From the NCBI GenBank assembly GCA_052327205.1, contig CM126213.1, positions 27,652,001-27,716,000 of the forward strand: 64,000 nt of DNA, given 5' to 3'. The translations under genes were made by a program, and so were the position numbers. The notes below the pieces were generated by a model. The model saw nothing but the letters and a program-made list of their open reading frames with translations, did not search any database and was not told the DNA's origin. Shown in pieces: positions 1-12,697 of this stretch. How positions within the stretch are numbered: the stretch's first letter is position 1; each line of letters begins with the position of its first letter. Origin of the DNA: Somniosus microcephalus. Taxonomy: Eukaryota.

Positions 1-1016
1 TTCCTCAACCGAGGATTCCCCTCTACTGTGGTTGACACGGCCCTTGACCGTGTCCGTTCTATTTCCCGCACTTCTGCTCTCACCCCTTCCCCTCCCTCCC
101 AGAACCATGATAGGGTTCCCCTTGACCTCACCTTTCACCCCACCAGCCTCCAAATTCAACAGATCATCCTCCGCCATTTCCGCCACATCCAACGTGATCC
201 CACCACCAAACACATCTTCCCCTCACCTCCCCTTTCAGCATTCTGAAGGGACCGCTCCCTCCGCGACACCCTGGTCCACTCCTCAATCACCTCCAACAGC
301 CCTTCTCCTTCACCTGGCACCTTCCCGTGCAAGCACAGGAGATGCAACACATGCCCTTTTACCTCCTCCCTTCCCACTGTCCAGGGCCCCAAACACCCCT
401 TCCAGGTGAAACAGCAATTTACTTGTACTTCTTCCAATTTAGTATACTGTATTCGCTGCTCACGATGCGGTCTCCTCTACATTGGGGAGACCAAACGCAG
501 ATTGGGTGACCGCTTTGCGGAACACCTCCGTTCAGTCCGTAAGGGTGACCCTGAGCTTCCGGTCGCCTGTCACTTTAATTCTCCGCTTCACTCCCACTCT
601 GATCTCTCTGTTCTCAGCCTATTACATTGTTCCAAAGAAGCTCAACGTAAGCTCGAGGAACAGCACCTCATTTTTCAATTAGGCACTTTACAGCCTTCCG
701 GACTCAATATCAAGTTCAACAATTTCAGATAATAATCCCTGCCCTCATTTTTCATGCAGTACGATTTTGCCATTCCCATTTGCAACATTTTCACAGGATG
801 TTCTTTCACTTCCTTCCTCCCCTCCAAACCCCCGCCCCCGTCTCTGCACCTCCCTTAATATCTGTTACATTTCCAGCTTTTTCCAGTTCTGATGAAGGGT
901 CCCAGACCTGAACCGTTAACTCTGATTCTCTCTCCACGGATGCTGCCTGGCTTGCTGAGTATTTCCAGCATTTTCTGTTGTTATTTCAGATTTCCAGCAT
1001 CCGCAGTATTTTGCTA
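1..1016 (+). mobile_element. Penelope-like element (PLE), 3' part: GIY-YIG endonuclease plus pLTR/3' tail
   Basis: Frame 1 runs FLNRGFP...; ORF 406-732 has VYCIRC..C..LYIGET.R.L..RF.EH and a terminal GLN motif typical of PLE GIY-YIG. One in-frame TGA at 244-246. The tail contains a hammerhead motif. Confidence 0.9.
885..921 (+). ncRNA. Minimal type I hammerhead ribozyme motif in the PLE tail (probably inactivated)
   Basis: AGTT-CTGATGA-A-GGGTC(CCA)GACCT-GAAC-CGTT-AACT: core CUGAUGA, stem II, stem I AGTT/AACT. The conserved GAAA reads GAAC here. Confidence 0.75.
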
Positions 1017-1102
1017 TTGATCAATTCTTTGTCTTGAGTTGTACTGGCTAGGAAAAAGATTGTATGAGAAGCTACTACATTCTTGCTGTTTGTAAAGATT
1101 AA

Positions 1103-1830
1103 GGGGGAAAAATTTGGTTGCTTTGCACCTCGCATTAGTGCCCCAAGGGGGTGCTAACAGGGTGCAAAGCAACCAGCGTCCGGCGCAGTGCCGCTGACGC
1201 CTCCCCCGAAATTCAGCGGCGACGGTAGCCGGTAGCGTCCTGCGGCGTTGCGCCTCTGGCGATGACGTCATCACCGTACACAGCCCCCCGCTCGCGCCCC
1301 GGCCGCAAACTTGGTTCGCACCCCCGACCTACCACCAGACGATATGTCCAACAGGGTCAGGAGGGCGTTTCTGCGGCCGGGTGGGGGCAGTGATAATTAA
1401 AGGGCAGGTGCCAGGCGGCCATTTTTTTTGGGCTGCCTGCCAGCACCTGCCCCCTCTGGCCTCCTCCTGTGGGGTGCTGGCCGCAATCGGGCAGCCCAGC
1501 ACTCCTCTTGAGTGCCGGGCTCTTTTGCCGGCACCCCGCTCCCCGGTGGTCCAGCAGGGCCCCGGTGCACGCTACGCTAGTCCCCTCTCCTTTAATCAGG
1601 GGAAGGAGGCCAGCAGTACCGCGGCGCTACGTGCCAACGCGCGTGGCACTGCTGCACGTAGCGCCGCTATATTCAATGGGAGCGCCCCAAAAGGGAGGGC
1701 GAGTGCTTCCAGCAGTGCCTGCCTCCTGCTTGGGACGCTACCATTGAATTTCGGGCACGGGGGCGCTAGCTTTTTGGGTAGCGCCCCGGCGAAGCTATCG
1801 CCCCAAAGGGGGCGCGAGCCAAATTTCCCC
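1103..1830. mobile_element. GC-rich non-autonomous DNA transposon (MITE, PIF/Harbinger-like ends)
   Basis: Imperfect terminal inverted repeats GGGGGAAAAATTTGG ... CCAAATTTCCCC, recurring TAGCGCCCC-like motifs, sharp GC shift against the flanks. TSD not resolved. Confidence 0.6.
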
Positions 1831-2555
1831 TGTAAATTCTTTAAAGTTAGAAAATAACGGCAATATCTCTCTTGATTAGCCTTTTGTATTCTAAACAAGA
1901 GAGAAAAGTAATCTTACAGTTGCTGGCACAGAAACACACTGGGACCATCAAGCATGCTGCCAACACAAACCACCCTCACGCTGCAGGTTCATGGACTTGC
2001 ACAAAATGCCTGTTTGGCAGGACACACGGATGGCAAGGCTTTGTATTTTCCTCCACGATCCTACCTGTGACAGAGAACGAGAGAACAATTTTGTCAGTGG
2101 TGCCTAGTGCGACCTCACTGCCCCTGACCTGTGTTTCCCTCCACCTTGGCCATGCCGACCCTGCTACTGGCTGCTCTTTCGCCACCCTGCCACATGAAAA
2201 TCTATGGTGGGGGAGCAGGCCCACAGCACCGGTGGATTTTCCTGGTGTCGGCTCTCCTCGCTGTATAGAAGGTGATTGTAGGCCTTGGAAAGTGGTGGTA
2301 ATGGCCCCGAGTTCCCCATACTGAGGGAGGGGCCTTGCAGCATCCTCCTCTCCCTCCACCTACCTTCTTGTGTAAGCCTCGGTCTCTGCCGGGGCCTACC
2401 AGGTTGTAGCTTTCCTGATCTTTAAGGCTCTTCAGTCCCTTTCACAGCCTATTCCGGTGCTGCAGCAGCAGTCCATTTATAGCTGGAGAGTGGCAGGCTC
2501 CCTCTTGGTGGTGGGAGCTTGTTAGGCATCATAGATGACCCCTGACCCAGAAAAA

Positions 2556-3362
2556 AGGCAAGGTTATCCACTTTGGTGGCAAAAACAGGAAGACAGATTA
2601 TTATCTGAACAGCAATAGATTGGAAAAAGGGGAAGTGCAACGAGACCTGGGTGTCCTTGTGCACCAGTCGCTGAAGGTAAGCATGCAGGTGCAGCAGGCG
2701 GTTAAGAAGGCAAATGGTATGCTGGCCTTCGTAGCGAGAGGGTTCGAGTACAGGAGCAAGTATGTCTTGCTGCAGTTGTACAGGGCCTTGGTGAGACCAC
2801 ACCTTGAGCATCGTGTGCAGTTTTGGTCGCCTTATCTGAGGAAGGATGTTCTTGCCATGGAGAGAGTGCAGCGAAGATTCACCAGACTGATACCTGGGAT
2901 GGCAGGAATGACGTATGCGGAGAGATTGGGTCGATTACGCTTATATTCGCTAGAGCTTAGAAGAATGAGAGCGGATCTCATTGAACCTTATAAAATTCTA
3001 ACAGGACTAGACAGACTAGATGCAGGAAGGATGTTCCCGATGGTGGGGAGTCCAGAATCAGGGGTCACAGTCTAAGGATAAGGGGTTAGCCATTTAGGAC
3101 TGAGATGAGGAGGAATTTCTTCACCCAGAGAGTGGTGAACCTATGGAATTCTCTACCACAGAAGGCAGTTGAGGCCAATTCATTAAATATATTCAAGAAG
3201 GAGTTAGATATATTTTTTAAGGCTAAAGGGATCAAGGGATATGGGGAGAAAGCAGGGACAGGGTACTGAATTTGGACGATCAGCCATGATCTCATTAAAT
3301 GGCAGAACAGGCTCGAGGGGCCGAATGGCCTACTCCTGCTCCTATCTTCTATGTTTCTATGT
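2556..3362 (+). mobile_element. CR1 LINE, 5'-truncated 3' end
   Basis: ORF 2620-3075 (RDLGVLV...LYRALVRPHLE...[11 protein letters not shown]) is the CR1 ORF2 C-terminus, followed by the 3' stem-loop and TTCTATGT-type tail. Confidence 0.95.
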
Positions 3363-3590
3363 AAAATGGGTCAGTCTTCGGGCGGGTAGAAACCTTATCC
3401 TGCCAGTACTCTGCCCCCAAAAGCAAAATCCAGCCAATGGCCTCTGCTCTTTCTATTTCCAACATACGTTCCTTTTGTATCGACAGAAGAAGGGTGCACA
3501 GAATAAGGAAGTGCAGATGTGAAACGTAAGGGACCTCCCGACCTGCTACCACTGATTCCTTATGAGGAGTCAACCCTCCAAACCTGGGGC

Positions 3591-4170
3591 TGGAGTGTCT
3601 CACCTCCTGACTCCCCAAAGCCTTTCCACCATCTACAAGGCACAAGTCAGGAGTCTGATGGAATACTCTCCACTTGCCTGGATGAGTGCAGCTCCAACAA
3701 CACTCAAGAAGCTCGACACCATTCAGGATAAAGCAGCCCGCTTGATTGGCACTCCATCCACCACCTTCAACATTCACTCCCTCCACCACCGGCGCACTGT
3801 GGCTGCAGTGTGTACCATCTACAAGATGCACTGCAGCAACTCGCCAAAGCTCCTTCAACAGCACCTTCCAAACCCGCGACCTCTACCACTTAGAAGGACA
3901 AGGGCAGCAGACGCATGGGAACATCACCACCTACAAGTTCCCCTCCAAGCCACACACCATCCTGACTTGGACCTGTATCGCCGTTCCTTCACTGTCGCTG
4001 GGCCAAAATCCTGGAACTCCCTTCCTAACAGCATTGTGGGTGTACACCATATGGACTGCAGCGGTTCAAGAAGGTGGCTCACCTCCATCTTCTCAAGGGC
4101 AATTAGGGATGGGCACTAAATGCAGGCCCAGCCAGTGACGCCCACATCCCATCAATGAATTAAAAAAAAG
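3591..4170 (+). mobile_element. CR1-superclade (Zenon-like) LINE 3' fragment
   Basis: IYKAQVRSLMEYSPLAW...IQDKAARLI...SLHHRR RT C-terminus and an A-rich tail; same family as 43885-47700. Confidence 0.8.
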
Positions 4171-4225
4171 TGAAAGTGGAGAATGGGAGGGAGCGAGGGA
4201 GAGATAGAGAAGTTTCCTCCATGCT

Positions 4226-4465
4226 CATAAGAACATAAAAACATACAAACTAAGAGCAGGAGTAGGCCATATGGCCCCTCGAGCCTGCTCCGCCATTCGA
4301 TGGCTGATCTTCAACCTCAACAATGGCTGATCTTCAACCTCAACCTCAACTCCACTTTCCCACCTGATCTCCACGTCCCTTGATTCCTAAACTCTATCTC
4401 AGCCTTGAATGTACTCAACGATTCAGCATTCACAGCCCTTTGGGATAGAGGATTCCAAAGATTCA
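4226..4465 (-). mobile_element. CR1 3' tail fragment
   Basis: CATAAGAA-type tail followed by GAGCAGGAGTAGGCC...CCCCTCGAGCCTGCTCC, the reverse of the CR1 end; 22-bp internal tandem duplication near 4300-4345. Confidence 0.8.
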
Positions 4466-5559
4466 TGGTTAGTGCAGTTCTCACCTTTTATTCTTTCTAC
4501 CCCGGCTCACTCATTCATTCATTCATTCATTCCCTGACAGACACGCATTACAGCAGCACAACACATAGGGGTGAAGCCTCTCTCAGCACACGGCTCTCCT
4601 TTGTGTAGAGTCTCACTCAGCACACCGCTCCTCTGTGGCTGAAGATTGACCAAGTTAGAAAGTTACCAATCCCATGTACAGCTGGTGATTATCCTGACCA
4701 GCTTTTAAAACCAAAAACAGCTGTTCGAAAACAACAACAAAAAAATACCTTTGCAGAGCTGAAGCAGATTGAGTGTTTATTATGGATTATAACATTGCTG
4801 CTCAATCAATCAGAGTCCACTACCCATAATCGAATGGTTTTTATTCGGGCTTTACCTCAGAAAACTTGCAAAGCTCCCACTGACCACACCTCATGACAAA
4901 AAGCAAAAAGATGTCGGAAATTACAAATAGAACCACTCCGAACCCAAAATATACAAAATACTCCACATTATACAACAGTTGATTTTATAAATTACATTAC
5001 AGTGTTTAATAAATATTATACAAATTACAATGTTTAATAGATATTATACAAATACAATACTGACCAAAAAAACAAAGAGGTGTTTTCGAGGAAATCTGGT
5101 ACAGAAGGGTGGGGCAGTCTGGGAGAAACACGTCTGACATCAGGCGGTCGTCCAGTGTCAATCAGAACACACGTGGGAAATAACAAATTGCTTTGGGGTT
5201 TACAAGGCTTCGCGGTATATAGGTTGCTGAAATATATTCTGACACCCTGCACTGAGCCAATAAGTGAGTCATGAGGTGGGGGGGTGCTGTGGGTGAGAGA
5301 GTGTGTGGACCAAGTTGCGGAATGAGAGGGGAAGGTGGAGAATGAAGGCACTCCACAGAGATGAAGAGGATACTGGAGGATGGGTCAGTTTGATGAAAAG
5401 TAACTTGTCCTGGACTCGTTGGCAAGTAGTGTTTCCAGCCCATGCATGTGGAGGGGGAGGGTGCAAACTAAAACTATTTAGACAGTCAGGACTTCATAAT
5501 ACATCATGTAATCCCATTGTGCCAGTTTGTAGCCCTCTCCCCTCTGGGTTGAAAAGGTC

Positions 5560-5760
5560 GTGACTTGAGTGTGTGAAGCTCCCACTCCAGAGCAATACTG
5601 AGGGAGTGCTGCATTGTTGGACGCGTCAGTGAAGATGTTATGGTGAGGCCCTATCTGCCTGTTCCAGTGGCTCAGGTGAATGTTAAAGATCCCATGGCAC
5701 TAATCAAAGAACAGGGATTTCTCCTGGTATCCTGGTCAACAGTAGTCCCTCAACCAACAG
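5560..5760 (+). mobile_element. Degenerate SacSINE1/DeuSINE-like fragment
   Basis: CCCACTCCAGA...CTGAGGGAGTGCTGCATTGT...AAAGATCCCATGGCACT, matching the copy at 23676-24045. Confidence 0.6.
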
Positions 5761-6090
5761 CACTATCCAATACACGACCGGAGTTAGTGATTGAAGAAGA
5801 GACCATGTCAGCCCTTAAGAATAGGTTGTGTAGGAGCTTGAAGGAAAGGGGGGTGGGGGATAAAGGATTAGGATTACTCCTCGTGGCATGTGCAAAAACA
5901 CCAACAGGGGCTGGTTGGGCTGAATGGCCTGTTTCCGTGTTGTAATTTCTATGTAAAAAAAAAAAAATTCGATGTAATTTTCTCTTTGGAAACAACTCTT
6001 TAAAACTAAATGAAACAAATCATGCTGAAACAATGTATTGGCACAGGATGGTGAAATGCTGGGTTCGTGCCAAAAACAAAAAATGACTGA

Positions 6091-6331
6091 AGAATCATAG
6101 AATCACAGAATGGTTACAGCACAGAAGGAGTCCGTCGAGCCTGTGCCGGCTTCAAGAGCACTTCAGCTCATTCCATTCCCCTGCCCTCTCCCCGTAGCCC
6201 TGCAAATTTTTTCCCTTCAGGTACTTATCCAATTCCCTTTTGAAAGCCGTGACTGAGTCTGCCTCCACCACCCTGTCAGGCAGTGCATTCCAGATCCTAA
6301 TCACTCGCTGCGTATAAAAGATTTTCCTCAT
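6091..6331 (-). mobile_element. CR1 3' tail fragment
   Basis: AGAATCAT-type tail and reversed CR1 3' sequence (TCTCCCCGTAGCCCTG...GCAGTGCATTCCAGATCC). Confidence 0.75.
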
Positions 6332-8039
6332 GGTCAGTCATCTCATTGCTGCCCATCAGATGTGGCAGCTGCAGAATGGCTGCAGTGTTTGCTGACATAA
6401 CACTAATGATTGTACTTCAAAAAGGTAATTCTTAATGTATAAAGTGCTTTGGAGAGTATTCATGTGAGAGGTGCTATGTCAATGCAAGTATTGGAATTCT
6501 TCATTCAACTGAATGCACTGTTCCCATTCACTCCCATTATGCAGAATTCTTGGTTGTTTATTATTCCTCTCAGAATGTAAAACACCAGAAAAGAACAATG
6601 TGTTCCACCTTTCTGTCCCAAAGTTCAAAAAATTCTATACGGTATTTCTTCTCTTATACGCCTCAAATGCAAATTAGCTATAAAAAAAACTTAGCACGCT
6701 CACTTTGGAACTTGCTGGCATTATCTTCTGTCATTACATCTGTGCGGGCAGTCTGTTCGCTAAATTCTCCACCCTCTGTGTAATTAAATGGTTGTCGATT
6801 CTGGGCTAAGTGCTGGGATGGACATGCCGGTGACTCCAACACTGACCTCGCCAAAGTTTCGGGGGTCGGGGGAGTTCACCCTCTTTACATAATCCCGGGC
6901 ATCTGCCAGAGGGCGAAGACTGCAAAATGAGGTGGAGGGTGCCCGCTCCCACGTATCATATTGGCCCCCTTCCCTTAAAAGGAGGCTGAAAGAAACTCTT
7001 AAAAAAGTCTTTGGGGGTCCAGGCCATGGCACAGGCCTGGATGCTGCCCCAGGTGGGCCCCACTTCTGCTGGACAGCCAGGCTGGTAGACCTCCTCTTAC
7101 TTGATGTACTGCTGCTCGTCCAGAGCAGTGATGAGAAAACCCCCTGGCCTGGCTATCTCCTCCCCCCAGCCACGCTGCCTCTGATACAGGGGACCATGTT
7201 TGGGGTGCACAGAAATTCTGATCCTAACCAGACCAGGCAGAAACCAGCGAAGAAGATACCAGAGGGTCCGGCCCCCAGTTTTTTATGCATCTTTAGATTT
7301 TTATTTTCTTCGGTACAAACAACCTCTGTTAAGGGTTTAATTACCTTAACTCTGTAGCCAAAGCCACGATGTCCCCACTGTTGTATGGTGCCCAAAACTG
7401 TAAACATTACTCCTAGTGGGCTGAAGCTGTGGTCAATAAAGCTCACCTTTACTCCCTTTGTTCTAACCCTTTAGTTGTACACCCCAAGGTCTTGTGTGCT
7501 GGGCATTGCACCAATAGCTTTATTGAGCTATTGACCAGTACCTTTGATCCCATAGAACCTAGAACGCAAGAAACATTATGCTGAAACTATTGGCACAGGA
7601 TGGTGAAATGCCGGTTTCGTGCCAGAAACACAAAACGACTGAAGAATCATAGAATCACAGAATGGTGGAACACATTGACCCAACTGGTCAATGCCGGTGT
7701 TTACACTCCACATGAGCCTCCTCCCACATCCCACCTCGGCCCCAGTATCTCTCCGTTCCCCTTTTTGTGTTGAGTAGTCTACTATTGTCCATTTTATGGC
7801 TCCTTATTCCTAATTCCCAGTCTTACCACCTTGCATTTGTCCACATTAAAATTCATCTGCCACTTTTCAGTTTAATTCCCAATCTATCTCGATCCTCTGT
7901 GAATGTTACCCGCTTGTTACCTGCGACTGCCCCAGTTTTGTATCACAAGGAAGCTCAGACTGCTTTGTTTCTGTTCCCACTTCCAAATCAATCACAATGT
8001 AAATGGTAATAGTGCTCAGTAGTGACCTCCCATCACCCC

Positions 8040-8600
8040 CCCCCATCCGAGGAGACCCCTTCTTACATTCTCATGCAGCTCCAGGCAAACGTCCTCGAGA
8101 TTGAGCCAATCCATTCCCCACACCCTCACCACCTGCCTATTCTGTACCTTCTGAGCTTCGGGACCAATCTCCTCTTCGCTCCCGTGTCAGAAGCTTTGCT
8201 AAAATCAAAATATTAATGTTAAAAGACTGAAAAGACTGGGTTGAGTGAACATAAATTCCTGACTCCGGTGAGTGAGGCAATGCGCCGTGATCGGGAAAGT
8301 GGAAAATGTGTCTACTGAGCACCTCTTGTCCACTAGGCCTATGCTCTCCATGAAGAAGTCGAATAGATGCGTCAGACATGATCTTTCTCTCACAAACTCA
8401 TACTGGCTCCCTCTGACTGTACCATATTTCTTTGGGTGCTTCAACATTGCCTCCTGCAGGATGATCCCTAATATTTTACCACTGGCCTATCATTCCCAGG
8501 ATTATCTTTATACCCCTCGTCATAAATGGGTGAGAAGTTTGCCCTTATCCAATCACCGGGCACTTATTTGAACCAGACCCTAGCAATGCTTGCCAGGATG
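8040..8600 (-). mobile_element. Old CR1 RT fragment
   Basis: ORF 8205-8447 SQYEFVRERSCLTHLFDFF is a decayed SQHGF...SCLTNLLEFF. Confidence 0.65.
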
Positions 8601-9533
8601 TGACCAATTTCATTAGCGACTGCCTAAGTATTTGCCCTCGTGTGGTATCTGTGGGGGCCAGGTGTCTTGTTCCCTTTATGTGCTCTCTGCTAATTAAGAA
8701 GCCGAGCTGTCCTCATTCTTACTCGATAAGAGTTCTTCGTTTGATTAAATGTAATATTAAGCTTTATACAAAATTCCTTATCTAAACAAGAGTTAAGTAC
8801 ATTGTTATTCCTGTGCAATCTCATTACATAATTTCTCCATTTGGGTTAAATGCGCTATTTACATTCCCTCCCATTCAGTTAAATGCACTGTTCCCCAGCA
8901 CTCCCATTGTGTAGAATGCCTCTCTGCGAAACATTCTGCTGATAGAAAGTTAAATATATTCGTGACTTACAAGCCCATTTGAATCCTTCAGTTGGTGCAA
9001 TCCTGCTGAACTCTCTCATAGGTATCCAGTCTTGTATCTGTTGCTGACATTTTGCCGAACATCAGGCTATCTTGATAAAGCTGGCGCCGAGGTATGGTAA
9101 ATGTCAGGAGCGAACCAATATAACCCAGTTAAACAGCTCGTCGCTTTGATTAATTCATATACTTTGAAAAAAACTGAGCTTCTAATTTAAGGAAAGCTAC
9201 TAACTCTGGTGAGATGTTAGTGTGTGATTGTGAGGGGGAGGGGAAATATTAATATTCACCAGGATAAACCCAACTTATGCTCATGAGGGGGTGATGAATA
9301 GTGAAACAAATATTCCTTATTAGTTAGACCCAGAAGGTCATAAATTATGCTTTTGTACCTGTGTTTGTCATGTCGGAGTGTTTGACACATAGGCTGATCA
9401 TAGTCAAGATGTGATATTAGTTTTCGATGAAATCAGATTTTTTTTTTTAAAGTCACATTTAATTTTCAGAAGATTCTTGACTTTCACAAAATAAAACAGT
9501 ATGATTGTAGATTTATAGTGGGATCCAGGCCTT

Positions 9534-9539
9534 TTTATT
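9534..9539 (-). promoter_or_regulatory. Candidate polyadenylation signal (AATAAA) of the SYNDIG1-family gene
   Basis: First AATAAA I found on the minus strand downstream of the stop codon, about 740 nt away. Not validated by transcripts. Confidence 0.35.
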
Positions 9540-10275
9540 TCACACAGCGTTTATAATGGACCAGGCATAATCAAAGAGGTAGCCTTTATGACACAGCTAC
9601 ATTAACGTTGAACAGCTAATTATGGCATAATTGGCTTACTGAGAGAGAATGATCCAGGGCATAGTTTGCTTAGCAACAGCGAATGGCCTATTTTCATATC
9701 AATGGCTTATCCACTCTTGCCCTAGACCAGTTATTTACATTTTTACAGAGTAGTTCCCCCGCCCCCCGCCACCGCCCCCCACCCGCTCCCCCTCCCCCCC
9801 ACCCGCTCCCCCTTTTCCTTCCACTTAGGCATGTTCTGCTTCTTCCAGCTTCCTTTAAGCTATCAGGACAGGGGAGACGAGGCCACAATTTTTCCCCGCA
9901 CCACCATCCCCAGTGCCATTCTGTGTTAGCTCAGCAGGGTGAGATGGCTTTTCCTCGCCCCCGCCTCCCTCCCACAGTAAAGTGCTCTGCTTCTGCCAAG
10001 GCATCTCATGTGGTTGCCCGGTCAAGAACTGAGGAGACTCTGGTGGACTTGAGTGTCGGCTACGGTTGTCGCTCAAAGCTCCCAGTGCGGAAGTGTGATG
10101 CAAGCATCTTAAACCTCCTCATTACCAGGCACCACACATTCCCTAGATCCAAAATGGCCATACAATGAATAATACACACAATTTACTCAATTAACAGGGC
10201 AATAAAATTGGCTAATCAAACAGCTGAAGGACTGTCTTTCAAAGATCTTCACATTGAGCAGACTGAAGTTCAACA

Positions 10276-10434
10276 CTATACATGTCCTGGTTTTGACAAG
10301 TAAGCAATAAGAGCCACAATGACCCCGACATAAACTCCTGTTCCAATGGTGATGGAGAGTGCTGCTAGGAACAGGGCTCTTCGCGATGCTGAGGTTGCAC
10401 GTTGATAGTCTCCTTTCGCAATAGCCTTGCTTGT
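10276..10434 (-). CDS. SYNDIG1L: Terminal coding exon of a SYNDIG1-family (CD225/dispanin) transmembrane protein, best match SYNDIG1L
   Basis: After a pyrimidine-rich acceptor (cttctccatttacag), 53 codons in phase 0 read [52 protein letters not shown]. Recognised from memory as the SYNDIG1/SYNDIG1L C-terminus; TSKAI and terminal GH favour SYNDIG1L. Family call is firm, paralog call less so. Confidence 0.85.
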   Translation of the reverse strand, partial: TSKAIAKGDYQRATSASRRALFLAALSITIGTGVYVGVIVALIAYLSKPGHV

Positions 10435-11184
10435 CTGTAAATGGAGAAGTCATTTGTTACCACCAATATTAGCAATTCCAATCATGAAGGTTTTAATACA
10501 GTCTCACCCAGGGTGAGTGAGTGTGTGCTAACCAGTTAGATAAACAATAGACATTTGAAGGATGAACTGTAGCCAAACATTGTTAATGACATCTCACACT
10601 ATCCTTGGCACAAACGTTCCATCCATCACATTACCATTCATGCAGTCATCTCAACTTCACACTGCCATTAACACGGCTATTTCAACCTGCCATTGACAAA
10701 CAGTCACTTCAGCCTCCCGATTCAAGTTACTGTTAATATAGAGCCATTTCCTGTCTCTTTGGAAGATGGCCCAGTACAGACAACTACGATTCCGAAAACA
10801 TCTCCTCCTCCAAAGAACATGGTACCAGTGAATGGGCAGATGGACACATGTTCTTCAGCCCCCATATTTGTTAAGTGTGCACTTAACAGTTTCCTCCATC
10901 ATTGGATGAGTGGTTGCCATTTATGCAGGAACCGTGGCAACAACAGCGTAGGACCCCGATTTACATATCAGGACAGGTGGGTGTGCTGTTTGCCGATTTA
11001 ATGAAAATTGCATCAGGCAGGCCTTGGCCATCTCAGGGCGGGGGGAGCTGCCAAGTTGCCCCCACCTCCCCCCCTCCCCCCGTTTCCAATGCCACCCTCA
11101 GATAAGACACGGGCAGTTGAAAATCTCCCCGGCACTGTGCTGTTTTCAGAGGTAAGTTCATTATCATTTTGTGCACCGCCAGGT

Positions 11185-11335
11185 GTAGATTTAAGGCTAA
11201 AGGGATCAAGGGATATGGGGAGAAGGCAGGGACAGGGTACTGAATTTGGATGATCAGCCATGATCTCATTGAATGGCGGAGCAGGCTCGAGGGGCTGAAT
11301 GGCCTACTCCTGCTCCTATCTTCTATGTTTCTATT
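11185..11335 (+). mobile_element. CR1 3' tail
   Basis: Near-identical to 3218-3360. Confidence 0.85.
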
Positions 11336-12454
11336 TGGATATGCGTGGCGAGCACAGTGGTGATGGGAGTGGAATAATCATGTGTGAGCGGAATTAAAAG
11401 GGGAGTAAAAGAAAAAATCAGAATCTTTGGAAAAGCTTAAAAGGCATCTCAACCCATGATGCCACCAATGCCAAGGCTGAAGTAGGTGAGGGCCAAGAAG
11501 TGCCTGGTAAAAATCAAGATGCGTTATGGAGCAGCCCAGCACTGGACCCTGTTTGATGACCGTTGAAGTTGAGGTGATGCTACATGAGATACTTTCGAGG
11601 AAGCATTTCCATGGCACAATCCTCATGGGTCAGCATTGCTGCATCCTGCAAGGAGGTGAAGCCGCTTCAGGCCACAGCTAACCGCCACTGTCACCGCCTA
11701 TGACAGCCCCTGTGCTGCACCGTAGCTGCAGGTACCCTTGGAGCACACGACAGGGTTCGGCATCAGTTGGCTATAACATTCTATGGAAAATTCTATGGGA
11801 TCAGAATGTGAAGACAAAGGGTGGAATGCCTTCAGAGCTGCTCCCACTCTGCTGCCGCAACTTTCACCCAGCTTGGGAAGAAACGTTTTGCCAAGAGTGC
11901 GGTTTCTCTTGGACTGCAGAAATACTGAAGCAGGTACACATTTCCAGCACTCAGCACCTTTTTTTTTTGCAGAGTGAGCACTGACATGACTGTATCAGCC
12001 AATGAATTGGAGATGGGGCGGGACTTAAGGCAGGACTTACAGCAAACAGTCTATTTTACAGCAAACAGAGTTTATTTAAACAATCTCTATGAACTACAGC
12101 GAACAGAACTCTTGATCGAAACTACAGCAAAGTCTCCCAATAAAAGTAAGTTTAATTCCCCAGCAAAATGCAGTGAGTAGGAGAGATTAACTTAATGCAA
12201 ATTGATTATTTCTCCAGCAAAATGCAGTGAGTGGAGGATAGTTACATAATAGAAATTCTGTGTGTAAAATCAATCCCACTCATTTACAGCAGTGCGGCCT
12301 CCAGGCGTGATTGACAGGGGAATTATCCAATCATCTTCACTTTGGCCGGGACTTGTGGTGACACTACATGCCGCATTTTTTTCATCTCTCTTGCTCATAT
12401 TGGCAGCAGCAGAAGCAGTCATTCTAACTTCTAACCTTTTCCCACAATTACAGC

Positions 12455-12645
12455 TTCATTGTCGCTGGGTCAAAATCCTGGAACTCTCTCCCTAACAGCA
12501 CTGTGGGATTACCTTCACCACACGGACTGCAGTGGTTCAAGAAGATGGCTCACCACCACCTTCTCAAGGGCAATTAGGGATGGGCAATAAATGCTGGCCT
12601 TGCCAGCCACGCCCACATCTCATAAACGAATCTTACATTTTTTTT
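12455..12645 (+). mobile_element. Zenon-like LINE 3' tail
   Basis: Matches 3987-4160 (CAAAATCCTGGAACTC...GGGCAATTAGGGATGGGCAATAAATGC). Confidence 0.8.
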
Positions 12646-12697
12646 TACAAATCACGAAGGAAAGATGCTAACAGTGTAACCCGGGGATTAACACGAT

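Noticed and set aside
1381-2359. GC-rich ORFs of 100-158 aa
   Set aside because: No recognisable domains; they overlap a MITE and unclassified sequence, and open frames are expected at this GC content.
11990-12035. CCAAT plus GC-box promoter-like motif
   Set aside because: Short motifs with no CpG island or linked first exon.
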